A DNA stretch of 64,000 nt from Tubulanus polymorphus (lineage: Eukaryota; Animalia; Nemertea). The notes under the pieces were generated by a model, which was given only the letters and a program-made list of their open reading frames with translations, had not been told where the DNA came from and did no database searches. Position 1 is the stretch's first letter, and each line of letters begins with the position of its first letter. Position numbers and translations under genes: made by a program. The stretch covers positions 15,860,275 to 15,924,274 of the forward strand of contig NC_134032.1 of the NCBI RefSeq assembly GCF_964204645.1, read 5' to 3'. This document shows positions 63,300 through 64,000 of this stretch, in pieces.

Positions 63300-64000
63300 A
63301 AAAATTCAAATTCACTGATTAAATTATAAGATATCCTCAGTGAGGGCTGTTTCTTATCAAGAGGTTCCTTGTGTCACTCGTCACCAGCAAGAACAACAAG
63401 ACACCAAAAATTCAAATTCCCTGATTAAATTATAAGATATCCTCAGTGAGGGCTGTTTCTTATCAAGAGGTTCCTTGTGTTACTCGTCACCAGCAAGAAC
63501 AACAAGACATCAAAAATTCAAATTCACTGATTAAATTATAAGATATCCTCAGTGAGGGCTGTTTCTTATCAAGAGGTTCCTTGTGTCACTCATCACCAGC
63601 AGGAACAACAACACACCAAAAATTCAAATTCCCTGATTAAATTATAAGATATCCTCAGTGAGGGCTGTTTCTTATCAAGAGGTTCCTTGTGTCACTCGTC
63701 ACCAGCAAGAACAACAAGACACCAAAAATTCAAATTCCCTGATTAAATTATAAGATATCCTCAGTGAGGGCTGTTTCTTATCAAGAGGTTCCTTGTGTTA
63801 CTCGTCACCAGCAAGAACAACAAGACATCAAAAATTCAAATTCACTGATTAAATTATAAGATATCCTCAGTGAGGGCTGTTTCTTATCAAGAGGTTCCTT
63901 GTGTCACTCATCACCAGCAGGAACAACAACACACCAAAAATTCAAATTCCCTGATTAAATTATAAGATATCCTCAGTGAGGGCTGTTTCTTATCAAGAGG
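63300..64000. repeat. 106-bp tandem repeat in GCLC intron, runs off window
   Basis: aaaattcaaatt unit starts at 63301, 63407, 63513 and onward. Confidence 0.95.

Overview
AT-rich animal genomic DNA with spliceosomal GT-AG introns (invertebrate; lophotrochozoan is my guess, not provable from sequence), dense in minisatellites and MITEs. No prokaryotic features and no CRISPR array. Genes built by hand from splice sites: (1) + strand, 24-exon, ~1189-aa orphan type I receptor at 2606-11027: signal peptide, 6 tandem CUB domains, TM, and a ~420-aa non-catalytic tail with 19 E-D-[D/T]-Y repeats. It carries a frame-incompatible (probably mutually exclusive) exon pair in CUB2 and variable CUB loops between near-identical introns. 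This is the best candidate for an undescribed, diversifying recognition/signalling system. (2) - strand secreted Argos/scoloptoxin-11-like gene (11916-12943, 3' end not found); an intron holds a Penelope-like insertion with a minimal hammerhead ribozyme and a 14-bp TSD. (3) A - strand orphan unit at 38.7-41.8 kb with a 2-kb 24-bp repeat exon, and a TATA/CRE/CCAAT promoter with small exons at 42.5-50.2 kb. (4) RNF217-like RBR E3 ligase (+, 54251-56576) with an unusual His/Ala-repeat and Asp/Cys-rich tail. (5) The last five exons of GCLC (-, 60450-63142). There is also an array of about 10 conserved ~52-nt hairpins at ~155-bp spacing (29.8-31.1 kb). Most long ORFs in the supplied track are translated minisatellites.
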